41,189 nt of DNA from Candidatus Bathyarchaeota archaeon (GTDB lineage: Archaea > Thermoproteota > Bathyarchaeia > Bathyarchaeales > Bathyarchaeaceae): assembly GCA_050115935.1 (NCBI GenBank), contig JASFPO010000003.1, forward strand, positions 1 to 41,189. The letters are read 5' to 3'. The notes under the pieces were generated by a model. That model did no database searches. It had not been told where the DNA came from and saw only the letters and a program-made list of their open reading frames with translations. Both the position numbers and the translations under genes were made by a program. Below are positions 1 through 9,470 of this stretch, piece after piece (the first letter of the stretch is position 1; each line of letters begins with the position of its first letter).

Positions 1-2
1 TT

Positions 3-860
3 GGCTTTGAGACGGTGACTCGCTTCGGCGGTCTTGTCGCTTTCTTCTTATTGGCTTTGTGGCTAGGAGCAAAAGCTGCTAATCGTGCTTACAGTCTTGA
101 GCCCACTACTTTCATAGCTTCTAAGGCTAAGCCAGACAGCGCCTTCTACAAAACCGTGAAAAACCTTGGAGGCGGCAAGTCCTTCGGTACTCTTCTTGTA
201 TCGGTCTTCAAAGACTACAGTCGCAGGCTTGAAAACCTCTCGAACATAGTCTATATAATGGGCATACTTGTTCTGATGAATCTGTTTGTCGTGCCTAGTG
301 TGCCCAGTGGGCCTGATGAACCTCCATTAGGTTGGATGATGACCCAATTTATGCTTCCGATACTTGCAGTCATGGTTGCCGGTGGGGTGACCGCACAAGG
401 AAAAGAACGTCTCCTCATTTTCAAAAAAACTCCGTCTGGTGTGACGAGACTAGTCAAAGCGAGGTTGGTTCAGAGCTGGCTGGTGGTCGTTCCAATCGCA
501 GGGGTGGTGACAGCTCTCACCACAATATTAGATCCACAATCTACGTCTATTTCTTTGTTGACTAACATCGGGTTTATGATGTTGTTCATCGCAGCCACTA
601 CAGCTTTTGTTCTTGGTCTCTTCCTCTTGAATCCAGCTTTCTCGCCGAAATCGGTGAGGTTGTGGTTGAACGTTATGATCGTTCAATTTGTTACAATCGG
701 ACTGTTCGCGGTCTCTCTGTTATCTTTGATGGCAGTAGGTGCGTCGTCAGAACTGACTGGGGATATTTTGTATGTTCGATTGCTACAGACAGTCTTGAGT
801 TGGCTCGTTGGAATTGTGTCTCTATACCTTGGAAAAAGAAAACTGAACAGAATGGAATAA
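3..860 (+). CDS. Multi-pass membrane protein, ABC-2 exporter permease-like; 5'-truncated by the window edge
   Basis: The frame is open from base 3. About seven hydrophobic segments, plus 'KERLLIFKKTPSG..RLVKARL', which resembles the ABC-2 permease cytoplasmic loop. Confidence 0.6.
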   Translation, partial: GFETVTRFGGLVAFFLLALWLGAKAANRAYSLEPTTFIASKAKPDSAFYKTVKNLGGGKSFGTLLVSVFKDYSRRLENLSNIVYIMGILVLMNLFVVPSVPSGPDEPPLGWMMTQFMLPILAVMVAGGVTAQGKERLLIFKKTPSGVTRLVKARLVQSWLVVVPIAGVVTALTTILDPQSTSISLLTNIGFMMLFIAATTAFVLGLFLLNPAFSPKSVRLWLNVMIVQFVTIGLFAVSLLSLMAVGASSELTGDILYVRLLQTVLSWLVGIVSLYLGKRKLNRME

Positions 861-1053
861 GCTTTCAATTCAAGACATTGTCAAACGGTTGCTGAATCAA
901 TCAAGTGAGAATAGAGACCATGAGATCTGACACATTCCGAAACTCAACGAGAAGCTATTCATGAGAAAGCAAACTATAGATTTTTAGTCTTCTAAGCGTA
1001 AAGTTTAAGGGTTTAAGATGTAATTTCACTACAACGTTTACAATTGAGGTCAA

Positions 1054-1629
1054 ATGATTTTGAGCAAAACACGCAAAACGAGAAAAACGTTTAAGCCAGC
1101 CAACGTAGAAGAGCGGAAGGCTCAGATTCTTATGAAGCTTCGCAACTACAAGCTGATTAAGCGAAAAAAAGCAAAGGATGTCGGCGGTTTTCTGGTGCTA
1201 AATGCCGAGAAGAAGAAAATGCTTATGTGGTGTTTGCCTTCTCGAGGGACAATCGGTGTTGCGTATATTAAACAGCTGATAAAGGTGATGGAAGAAGTGG
1301 AAGTAGATCTAGCTATAGTTGTAACAAGTGGCAGATATACGCAAGCAGCACGAAAACTCGCTCTAAAAGGAGGCGTAGAATTGATTCCTAGAATTTTTCC
1401 TTCATTCAACATCTTCGATCATGAATTGGTTCCTAAACACGAAATTGTCAAACCTGAAGTAAGGGAAAAGCTACTGCATGAATATAGGGTGCAACCTTAT
1501 CAGTTTCCTCATTTGTTATCTTCTGACCCGGCAGTAGTGGCTATCGGAGCTAAACCAGGTGATATTGTTAGAATCATCAGAGACAGTCCAACAGCTGGCA
1601 AGTATGTTTCCTACAGGTATGTAGTTTGA
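1054..1629 (+). CDS. rpo5: RNA polymerase subunit Rpo5/RpoH with a ~115-aa N-terminal Rpb5-jaw/Mrr-like domain
   Basis: The C-terminal [14 protein letters not shown]...[32 protein letters not shown] is the Rpo5/RPB5 assembly domain. GAGGT SD at 1046-1050 and TTTAAG boxes at ~1004-1017. Confidence 0.92.
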   Translation: MILSKTRKTRKTFKPANVEERKAQILMKLRNYKLIKRKKAKDVGGFLVLNAEKKKMLMWCLPSRGTIGVAYIKQLIKVMEEVEVDLAIVVTSGRYTQAARKLALKGGVELIPRIFPSFNIFDHELVPKHEIVKPEVREKLLHEYRVQPYQFPHLLSSDPAVVAIGAKPGDIVRIIRDSPTAGKYVSYRYVV

Positions 1630-1653
1630 GGTTAAGCTCTGCAGAGTCGTTGT

Positions 1654-2229
1654 CTATTTTCTTTCTTTTGCCACCATAACTTCTGTTGCTTTTATCACGG
1701 CTTCTACGCTATCGCCTGCCTTAAGGTTTAATTCTTCTGCGGCTTCTTTCGAAATGAGCGCAGTCACGGTTGCAGGTGCTTGAATTTCAACTTTGATTTT
1801 TGCGATTACATCTCCCTTTTCCACGTGTTTGATCATGCCCTTTAATCGGTTTCTTGCACTAATTTTCAATCCTGCTGCCTCCCAATATTCTTCGTCATCC
1901 AAAATTTCGCCCACATAGCTTTCAACCCGTTTGTATTCTCTTAGGAGTTTCTCACCCTGCTTGGTAAGTTTTGCTCCGCCTCCCCCAGCTTTTCCACCTC
2001 TGTAGGTTTCGACAACTGGCTCTTGCAAAACCTTGCTTATTTTGGCTAGGTAACTCCAAACATAACGGTAAGACATTCCAGTTTTCTTAGCCGCCTTAGT
2101 GATGGATTTTTCTCGACTGATAGCTTCTAAGATTCTTGCTCCGCCCTTTCCAAGAAGAGGCGTGTCTTCGTATTCAATCCAAACTTTAGCAATTGGTCTT
2201 CGTTTCTTTTGAGTGAGCATCCTAAACAA
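1654..2229 (-). CDS. modE: ModE-family molybdate/tungstate-responsive regulator (wHTH + TOBE)
   Basis: wHTH SITKAAKKTGMSYRYVW and RGGKAGGGAKLT, followed by a TOBE/Mop domain ISARNRLKG...VEAVIKATEV. Confidence 0.88.
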   Translation of the reverse strand: MFRMLTQKKRRPIAKVWIEYEDTPLLGKGGARILEAISREKSITKAAKKTGMSYRYVWSYLAKISKVLQEPVVETYRGGKAGGGGAKLTKQGEKLLREYKRVESYVGEILDDEEYWEAAGLKISARNRLKGMIKHVEKGDVIAKIKVEIQAPATVTALISKEAAEELNLKAGDSVEAVIKATEVMVAKERK

Positions 2230-2356
2230 CTATTGCAGTACGGATATATTTAAGAAAACTGAAGGATTTCTGCAAGTGAGTGCCAAGTGACGGACAGAAA
2301 TATCAGATATTTGCAATGATCGAAGATTTCTGGATTTGCATCAGCAAGCAGGTGCA

Positions 2357-3121
2357 TTATTGGGCAACGTATCCGCCGTCAACAGAGAGTGCTGTTCCAG
2401 TTACGAATGAAGAATCATGGGAGGCAAGAAATAAGATTGCCTTCGCAATCTCTTCAGGATCGCCTATCCTTCCCATCGGATGACTTTCCGCCTCTCCCTT
2501 GAGATACACATCTCCGGGAATTCCGCTTTGAACTAGGTCTTGTTCAAGCATAGGTGTCATTACAACTCCAGGACAGACACAGTTCACTCGAATTCCCTCT
2601 TTGGCATAGTCTAGAGCCATAGCCTTGGTCAACAGGACAACACCGCCTTTTGATGCGCAGTATGCGACACAGTTTGGCTCAGCGACTAAACCATCCGAAG
2701 AAGCAATGTTAACTATGACTCCATTAGTTCTCCTCAAGTGAGGCAACGCATACTTGGAGCATAGAAAGACTCCTTTGAGATTCACATCGATGACTCTATC
2801 CCAGTCAGCTTCTGCTGTGTCTTCTACAGTCCCAGTAGACAAGATTCCAGCGTTGTTAATCAAAACGTCCAAACGCCCGAACTGCTTCACCGATGTTTGA
2901 ATCATCCTCTCCGCGTCCGCCGACTTGGACACATCGCCTTGAATAAAGATCATATGTTTGAAACCCTCACTCCTGAGCTTGAGAATCGCTTCCCTTCCTT
3001 GCTTCTCAGATCTCCCACTGACTGCAACTTTTGCTCCTTCTTCAAGAAAGAGTAATGCAGTTGCATAGCCAATCCCACGAGTTCCTCCAGTGATAAGGGC
3101 AACTTTTTCATTCAACTTCAT
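2357..3121 (-). CDS. Classical short-chain dehydrogenase/reductase (SDR)
   Basis: TGGTRGIG, NNAG, catalytic YCASK, and IRVNCVCPG. Start placed at ATG 3121 (MKLNEKVALITGG); the ORF-track extension to 3268 is not SDR-like. Confidence 0.92.
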   Translation of the reverse strand: MKLNEKVALITGGTRGIGYATALLFLEEGAKVAVSGRSEKQGREAILKLRSEGFKHMIFIQGDVSKSADAERMIQTSVKQFGRLDVLINNAGILSTGTVEDTAEADWDRVIDVNLKGVFLCSKYALPHLRRTNGVIVNIASSDGLVAEPNCVAYCASKGGVVLLTKAMALDYAKEGIRVNCVCPGVVMTPMLEQDLVQSGIPGDVYLKGEAESHPMGRIGDPEEIAKAILFLASHDSSFVTGTALSVDGGYVAQ

Positions 3122-3348
3122 CAAGACTTCCCCATCATTCCATAGAAGTACACTTACTGAACCTAAGCTTTGCGCTGAAAAGAGAGTGCACCTTCTTTTC
3201 TTGAGCCTTTCAGAAATGCCAAGGAATTTCCGCATGTTAAGCAGAATGTTGAGAGCAATTGGAATCAATAGTAATTACAGACAAGAAATCCAGAGAAATG
3301 CACTAAAAGGTCTAAGAAGACAAGCATTTGTCTCGCTATCAAAAACCG

Positions 3349-3669
3349 CTATTCGGTTCGCTTGTTGGATTGCAGCCGGCTATAATGAGCAAAGATCAAT
3401 TCCCGAGCAATTGTTTCCTGACAGGCATGGCATCTTCTTTCTTCGTCTGCGTTGATTACAAGTCTGTTGTCAAAAACTGGATGAAAGTTAACAGCTCCAC
3501 ATCGGCATGGAATTTTCATGAAGCGTATGGTGTTGGAGTGACGGCTTCTTCGTTTTCCCTTTTCAAAACCTTCTTCATAGCCTTTGTCATATCCTTTTTT
3601 GTAGCCGTCTTGGAAGCCATGGCGATATCCTTTGCGTCTTGCCTCTTTTTGATCATCTGAAAAGGCCAT
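3349..3669 (-). CDS. Small hypothetical protein with G(Y/F)xxG helical repeats and a CxC...CxxC putative Zn site
   Basis: GGAGG SD upstream (CCTCC at 3676-3680). Sequence KGYRHGFQDGYKKGYDKGYEEGFEKG, then CRC and CHAC. Confidence 0.65.
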   Translation of the reverse strand: MAFSDDQKEARRKGYRHGFQDGYKKGYDKGYEEGFEKGKRRSRHSNTIRFMKIPCRCGAVNFHPVFDNRLVINADEERRCHACQETIARELIFAHYSRLQSNKRTE

Positions 3670-3806
3670 AAAAGGCCTCCTTTCCCTCTCTTCAAAATAA
3701 AATACGTAAAACGGTTAATTATGCATTGTTGAACTTTACTTCTATATTTTTGTTATCGTATTATTTTCAAAACAGATATATGATACTCCGAAAGCTCCTT
3801 CTAGAG

Positions 3807-4415
3807 CTACTTCTGGGCTTCTCCTGTTTCTGCAGGTTTGAAATTCTGAAAACTTTCAAATATTCCTTTGAGTTGTTGCTTCAAAGCTCTTAATTCATGA
3901 CTTAAGTTAAAGTAGTCAGCGAAAAACTCGGTTGTTCTTATGACTTTGGTTCGCCCAGCTTTTTCACGAGAGATTAACCCTAAGTCTTCAAGTTGTTTGA
4001 GATGCGCGTAGGCGTGGTGTCCTCTCACATCGATGACGTGAGATTGAGGAACCGGTTGTCGATAGGCAATATACGATAGGGTTTTCAATGGACCCAGTGA
4101 AAGGAGTGGGCGAAGGGCAAGTTTTCTAACTCGAGGTGTGTGTTCTGCTTTCAATTGCAGAACGAATCGTTCATCTTCCAGTTCCAGAATTTCCAAGGAG
4201 GTGTCACGGTTTCTGTAGATCTCCATGAGCTTTCTGGCAAGTTTCCGAGTTTTGCCTTTGGAGCGGGTTCTAATGATGGAAGCCAAAGTTTTCAAGTCTA
4301 GGGGTCGACCAGCAACATAGAGTGCTGCCTCAAACAAAACTAAGTTTTGTCTTTCCTTGAAATCCAATGCTTCAGACAATTCCGACTGCTGGTCGCTCAG
4401 GTGTTGTCCCTCCAC
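3807..4415 (-). CDS. scpB: SMC-Scp complex subunit ScpB
   Basis: EAALYVAGRPL, LKTLSYIAYRQPV, TTEFFADYFNL. Lies directly downstream of scpA. The true start may be TTG 4379. Confidence 0.93.
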   Translation of the reverse strand: MEGQHLSDQQSELSEALDFKERQNLVLFEAALYVAGRPLDLKTLASIIRTRSKGKTRKLARKLMEIYRNRDTSLEILELEDERFVLQLKAEHTPRVRKLALRPLLSLGPLKTLSYIAYRQPVPQSHVIDVRGHHAYAHLKQLEDLGLISREKAGRTKVIRTTEFFADYFNLSHELRALKQQLKGIFESFQNFKPAETGEAQK

Positions 4416-5076
4416 CGAGAGTTATGTAGATTTCGTTAAACTCTGGATCTTGCCACAGGTCTATGTCGCCAGTTTGAGCCAGAAAGAGAAGAACTATGAA
4501 AGTTTTGATCAACTCCAGCTTTTCTAAGCCTATAACAACCTTAGAAAACAGAATGGGCATGCTCTCTTTCGATAGTCGAAGTAAAAGCCGATGCAGTTTT
4601 CCCATTTGTTTCTCGATTTCCATCATATATATATCGACCGGAGGCAGAAGCTCAGACGGAGGAGGCAAAACAGGCTCGATCCGAGGTTGTCTCAAGGCGA
4701 AGACACGTTCTCCCTTGAGCACCTCGTCTAGTACTTGAAGAAGATGATGCACAGTAGTAGAGGTCATCTCATAACGAAACGGAAGAGAAAGAGCTGGAGG
4801 CAAAAAGTCAGGCTGAGCTTTGCGCGGAGGTGCCGGTGGCTCCTCAAGTTTGAGAAGAAGTTTTGACTTCATTAAATAGATTGTAGAAGAAGAATCTACA
4901 GCCATTCCTGAAGCTCTAAAATCGACTTGTCCACTTTTTTCCATCTCTTTTAGAAAGGAACCTAGCAGGAAAGCTATGTTGATGTCCCATGGCTTGATGT
5001 TGCGCAGTCTATTCAGCTCAAAGAGGATGTTCCAAGGGGGATTGAAATAGAAGGGCTTTTGAGCTTGAGATGACAT
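4372..5076 (-). CDS. scpA: Kleisin ScpA
   Basis: PWDINI and DFRASG..V.SS..IY..KS..LL at the N-terminus, and C-terminal FIVLLFLAQTGDIDLWQDPEFNEIYI. Overlaps the smc stop by 1 nt. Confidence 0.9.
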   Translation of the reverse strand: MSSQAQKPFYFNPPWNILFELNRLRNIKPWDINIAFLLGSFLKEMEKSGQVDFRASGMAVDSSSTIYLMKSKLLLKLEEPPAPPRKAQPDFLPPALSLPFRYEMTSTTVHHLLQVLDEVLKGERVFALRQPRIEPVLPPPSELLPPVDIYMMEIEKQMGKLHRLLLRLSKESMPILFSKVVIGLEKLELIKTFIVLLFLAQTGDIDLWQDPEFNEIYITLGGGTTPERPAVGIV

Positions 5077-8000
5077 CAGTCAGTCGCCTCTTTGAAAGTT
5101 GTGGAAACCACATGGGAAACGCAGTTGCGTTCATATACTCCGTAGATCTTTGCGGCTTTGCTTGCCATTTCTGGTTTAAGAGTTACAACTATGAACTGTG
5201 ATCTGGCTGATTCTTCTGTCAGTAGTTCTCCGAGCTTTGCCACGTGAAAAGCGTCTAGATGAGCGTCCACTTCGTCGAATAGATAGAAGGAGGCAGGCAT
5301 AAGGTCTTGTATTGCAAACAGAAATGCTACGGCTGATACAGATCTCTCACCGCTACTCGCGCCGCTTATGAGAATTGGGGGTTTGTCTGGAAACTTGACA
5401 ACCATGTCCATCCCACCTTTGAAGGGCTCTTCTGGATTGTCAAGCTTCAACAAGGCTTCTCCGCCCCCTGTGATTTTTTGGAAAAATTTGCTGAACCTTT
5501 GGTTAATTTTGACGAAGGCTTCCATGAAGATGTTTCTCTTCTTTCTTTCTATTTCATCCATGAAGTCGAATATTGCTTGTCTTTCGCGTTCTAGTTCATT
5601 CATTCGTATGGATAGTTCCTTGTAACGGGATATCTGCTCCGCGTAATGGGAGAGCGCCAGCTGGTTGACCGCGCCTAATCGTTCTAGTTCTAAGCGCACA
5701 AGTTTAAGTGAGGCCTCAACCGCCTCAATTTGATCCAGTGAAACCTCCAAGGTTTGTTCGTAGCCTATCTCCTTCAGTTTCGAAAGGTGTTGTTCTAGTT
5801 GAAGTTGAAGTGTTTGCAGATTTAGATGAAGCTGATTGTACAGACGCTCCGCTTGTTCGCATGTTCTGTCTAGCCGATATAGCCGCTTGTCGATGCCGTC
5901 AATTTGATCTGTAAACTTTCTTGCCTCTTTTCGAGCTGTTAGGACCGAGTGAGATAGTTCCTCCTTGGAGCTATCCAGTTTTGCCAGCTCCTGTTCCAAA
6001 ATCACCTTTTCTGCTATGGCTTCTTTAACTTCTTCCTCAACTTTGGAGAGTTGACGCTTGACCTTTACGAGCTGAACTTTTACGTTTTTAGAGTTTATTT
6101 TGAGCACATCTTCCAGCTTTGACTTGTGAGTAGAAAGCTCTGTTTCTATGCCACCGAGCTTCTGCCTCACCTCAACGACTTCGTCTCCCAGTTTTGCTCG
6201 TTGAATCTCCATCTCTTGAATATGTGACGGATCGACTTTTCGCCTCAGCTCAGCTAATCCGCTCCTAAGCTTCTGTGTCTCCTTTGTTAATGCGTTGCGT
6301 TGAGCTTTTTGAATACCTATTTGGTCTTTTTCCTTTTCAAGTTGAACAGAAACTCTTTGGACATATCGTTCAAGACGTCCAATGTTTCGCTTTGTTAGCT
6401 TGATGCTTCTTCGTAGTCGGCCGGTTTCATTTTCTAATGTGCCTATGGTTTCAGTTAGTCTGGTAATTTCCATTTTCGTCTTGTCTATTTCTTCTTCAAA
6501 TGTGGATATATCGCCTTCTCTTCGGGTTAGGTGCTCTCGAAGAGTTCTCACGGCGTCATCTAGGCTTTTGAGAGCAGATTCACTTGGAACAAGAGAAGCA
6601 AAGTCGACAGGAGCTCGATAATAGCCGCTTTCGAGGGCACCGCCTGCTTCGTAAAGGTCTCCATTTGCTGCAACTGCCCGATGACCTTGCCGAGAAGCCA
6701 ATAATGCTGCCTTGTCATCGCTCGCCACAAGAGTATCACCAAAAACAAAAGTCACAGCTGGTTCAAACTTTCTTTGACATTTAACGAAGTTTGAGGCTGT
6801 CCCGCTAATTCCATTTATCCTTGGCGAACGTATTGATTTAACAGATAGTAATTCGCTTAGAGGAATGATCTTGATTCTTCCCAACCTCAGGCGTTTCAAC
6901 GTTTCGGTGCAGGTGAAGGCAACTTCAACATCTCGTACAACGAGGGCATCAAGCCAACCTGCGGCAGCTACTTCGACTGTTTGTCTATAGCCTCTCTCTA
7001 CCTTGATTAGGCTTCTTAGTCTGCCAAAAATGCCGGAGATGACACCGAGTTCGCTCATCTCTTCAATATTTTGCAGGGCTGCTTCTTCTCCAGCAACCGC
7101 CTCGGCAAGTTTCTTTTGAGTTTCAAACTCGACGAACGCTTCACGCGCAGAACTGGCAATCTTCCCTGCTTCAGCCATCTCTTGCTCTACGGCTTCTCTT
7201 TGCGCCATCCTTCTGTCCAAGGTTTGTTGAAGGCTTTTGAGTCTATTTTTCTGCTCTTTTTGCACTTCTGAAAGGTCGCTGAAAGATTTTTGGAGCTCCC
7301 CTAAGGTTGAAGTGAATCGCTGTTTTCGGGTGTTTAGGTCCTCGAGCCTACGGGACATAGCCCTTATCGTTTCTTGACTTCGGGCATGACTGCTTCTGAG
7401 AGAAACTAGGTTTCGATAGGCCTTGTCTAGCCTCTGCTCTGTCTCTCGCATCTTTTTGCTGTTTTGACCAAGGTTATCCCACAGTTGGGTGGTTTCATTG
7501 ATCAAGGAATCATGCTCTGTCTGTTTGGTGTTAATCTCTTTGAGCAGTCGGTTTCGCTCGCGTTGCAATTGTTTGGCGACCTGGCGAATTTCGGTCATTT
7601 CGTTTTTTATTGATTCAAGTTGTTGCAGGTGATTTTCCTTTACTTTTCTCAATCCTTCGATGCTGGCTGTGGAGGCTCCGATTTTAGTGTTAAGTTCGGT
7701 TAGTCTTGATTTGATTTCGCCTATTTTGATTTGAACTTCGAGAACTCGTGTGCTGCCTTCTTCGACCATTTCAGAGCTGAGTTTTCTCCATTCTCTTTCA
7801 ACTTGGTGCCGTTGAGATCGTAGTTGTTCTCGCATTTGCCTGGACTTTTCAACTTTGTCCTCGGCTTCGGTGTTTTTAGACTGAGAATCTTTTATCCTAT
7901 TTTCGATCTCTGCGATCTCGTGGGAGATTTTGATGGCTTCTAATCTTGTTATCTCGCTTTGGATAAAATTGTGGCGAAGCAATTGATTGCGTTCTCTTTC

Positions 8001-8624
8001 TAGGTCGTCGACTCTCTTCTGTACTTCATCTACTCTTCCCATGGCTGTGCGGATTGAGATTTCAGCTACCCGCAGTTTTTCTTCAGCTTCAGCCTTCTCG
8101 GAGTCATATTGCGCGATTCCAACCATGTCATCCAGAATCTTTCGGCGTTCAGCTGGTGAGATTTCAGCCATGCGGGTTATTGTTCCCTGCAATACGATGT
8201 TCTGTCCAGTTGAGCTGATTCCTGCCATTGACAACATGTCTAGTAGGTTGGTTCTTGAGATTCTGCGTCCATTCAGCCGATAGACGCTTTGTCCGCTTCT
8301 GAGGACTTCGCGTGAAACTGTTACGGTGTTTGTGTCAATTGGCATGCGATGGTCTGAGTTGTCAAATTGAATGATAACCTTGGCTTTTTTTGCTTTTTCT
8401 ATGTTTGCTTCTGGAACACCGTGAAATATGAGCTTTGAGAAGTTTTCAGCTCGAAGACGTCTGGCGCTCAGTTCTCCTAGTCCGAAGAGGATGGCGTCTA
8501 TGATGTTGGTTTTGCCGCTTCCGTTGGGTCCAGTTATTACTGTGAGGTTTTTGTCCAGAAAGATAGAGGTAGACTTTCCAAAAGTTTTGAAACCTTTCAA
8601 CTCGATTTTCTTGATGTGAGGCAT
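5076..8624 (-). CDS. smc: Chromosome segregation ATPase SMC
   Basis: Walker A GPNGSGKT, Q-loop VLQG, long coiled coils, central hinge (G.FGRL..LI...VFGDT), Walker B/D-loop LFDEVDAHLD. Confidence 0.97.
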   Translation of the reverse strand: MPHIKKIELKGFKTFGKSTSIFLDKNLTVITGPNGSGKTNIIDAILFGLGELSARRLRAENFSKLIFHGVPEANIEKAKKAKVIIQFDNSDHRMPIDTNTVTVSREVLRSGQSVYRLNGRRISRTNLLDMLSMAGISSTGQNIVLQGTITRMAEISPAERRKILDDMVGIAQYDSEKAEAEEKLRVAEISIRTAMGRVDEVQKRVDDLERERNQLLRHNFIQSEITRLEAIKISHEIAEIENRIKDSQSKNTEAEDKVEKSRQMREQLRSQRHQVEREWRKLSSEMVEEGSTRVLEVQIKIGEIKSRLTELNTKIGASTASIEGLRKVKENHLQQLESIKNEMTEIRQVAKQLQRERNRLLKEINTKQTEHDSLINETTQLWDNLGQNSKKMRETEQRLDKAYRNLVSLRSSHARSQETIRAMSRRLEDLNTRKQRFTSTLGELQKSFSDLSEVQKEQKNRLKSLQQTLDRRMAQREAVEQEMAEAGKIASSAREAFVEFETQKKLAEAVAGEEAALQNIEEMSELGVISGIFGRLRSLIKVERGYRQTVEVAAAGWLDALVVRDVEVAFTCTETLKRLRLGRIKIIPLSELLSVKSIRSPRINGISGTASNFVKCQRKFEPAVTFVFGDTLVASDDKAALLASRQGHRAVAANGDLYEAGGALESGYYRAPVDFASLVPSESALKSLDDAVRTLREHLTRREGDISTFEEEIDKTKMEITRLTETIGTLENETGRLRRSIKLTKRNIGRLERYVQRVSVQLEKEKDQIGIQKAQRNALTKETQKLRSGLAELRRKVDPSHIQEMEIQRAKLGDEVVEVRQKLGGIETELSTHKSKLEDVLKINSKNVKVQLVKVKRQLSKVEEEVKEAIAEKVILEQELAKLDSSKEELSHSVLTARKEARKFTDQIDGIDKRLYRLDRTCEQAERLYNQLHLNLQTLQLQLEQHLSKLKEIGYEQTLEVSLDQIEAVEASLKLVRLELERLGAVNQLALSHYAEQISRYKELSIRMNELERERQAIFDFMDEIERKKRNIFMEAFVKINQRFSKFFQKITGGGEALLKLDNPEEPFKGGMDMVVKFPDKPPILISGASSGERSVSAVAFLFAIQDLMPASFYLFDEVDAHLDAFHVAKLGELLTEESARSQFIVVTLKPEMASKAAKIYGVYERNCVSHVVSTTFKEATD

Positions 8625-8766
8625 CTTTTCCGAAGACTTCCCCTATCTTGTGCCTATTTATAGTGGTCTCTTACTTTACAGTTTTTCTATAACATCTTTC
8701 TAGAATAATAAATGATATGGCAACTCGTTTTAACTGTTATGCACCAAAAACCTCTTTCTAGCCGCA

Positions 8767-9288
8767 TTACTCCCTTTCAACGCGCAGCTTAGCCGCGGTT
8801 TTCTTGATGAAATGCTTCAGTTTTTCTCTTTCACCGTAAACAAGCATATATCCGTCATCTTGCATTTTCCATGTCAGTCCGCTTTCTTGGGCCAATTCCT
8901 CGACTTCTTCTTTCGGAGTTTCAGTGGAAACCTGAACTCTTACCCAATGCTGACCTCTAGGAAGACCTGGAACAAATTTTGAAGCAGTTTCCACAGGTTT
9001 TTCCTCTCCTGGCTTTTCTCTGGCCTCTTTCAGTTTTTTCAACCAGTGATTCGCGAACTTAGAGCCGAACTTGTTCTGTGCAGTGAGAATTAGGTGGGAT
9101 TCAACGTTGCCAAGATACATGTCGATTGTTGGAACGTTCTCCTTTTTGGTTCGGTCAGCTCTAAGAACATGCATCAAAGTTTTGGCCGCACGCAGGTCTG
9201 CCATTACTTCGGGCGGGATTACTTCACTTTTCTTTCTGAACTCCTTGATCAAGTCGTTGAGTGTTTCCCAAACTTCCTCTTGTCCCAT
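8767..9288 (-). CDS. DUF2096-family archaeal protein
   Basis: W..L.DL...F......IP..VM.DLR.AKT and KFVPG.PRG..WVRV pattern. Start placed at ATG 9288 after GAGGCTGA. Confidence 0.75.
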   Translation of the reverse strand: MGQEEVWETLNDLIKEFRKKSEVIPPEVMADLRAAKTLMHVLRADRTKKENVPTIDMYLGNVESHLILTAQNKFGSKFANHWLKKLKEAREKPGEEKPVETASKFVPGLPRGQHWVRVQVSTETPKEEVEELAQESGLTWKMQDDGYMLVYGEREKLKHFIKKTAAKLRVERE

Positions 9289-9404
9289 TTTCTTTTCAGC
9301 CTCTTGGGATAATCGCTTAAAGTTTCGGATAAGCATTTGTGTAGGAGAGCAACTTGCAGCCTAGAATCTTGTTTCAGCTTGTCGTGTTGTCAGAAGAATA
9401 CTGA

Positions 9405-9418
9405 ATAAACTTAAATAC
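9405..9418 (+). promoter_or_regulatory. Putative BRE/TATA box for tRNA-Asn, possibly shared with the divergent DUF2096 gene
   Basis: ATAAAC-TTAAATA about 55 nt upstream of the tRNA 5' end. Confidence 0.5.
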
Positions 9419-9470
9419 TGCTCAAAGTTTTCAAGTCTTACAGCCATCAAGAAGATGGTTATACGGAAAA

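Noticed and set aside
1054-1400. Active Mrr restriction endonuclease
   Set aside because: No D...(E/Q)xK catalytic residues are visible, and the domain is fused to an intact Rpo5.
2230-2356. ModE operator upstream of modE
   Set aside because: Only a half-site-like ATATAT that coincides with the TATA box; no matching inverted half and no molybdate transporter nearby.
3807-8624. SMC cluster as a Wadjet/Lamassu-type defence system
   Set aside because: It is a canonical Smc-ScpA-ScpB with a full hinge. No adjacent JetD/Toprim or effector gene is present, and top6A is 20 kb away paired with top6B.
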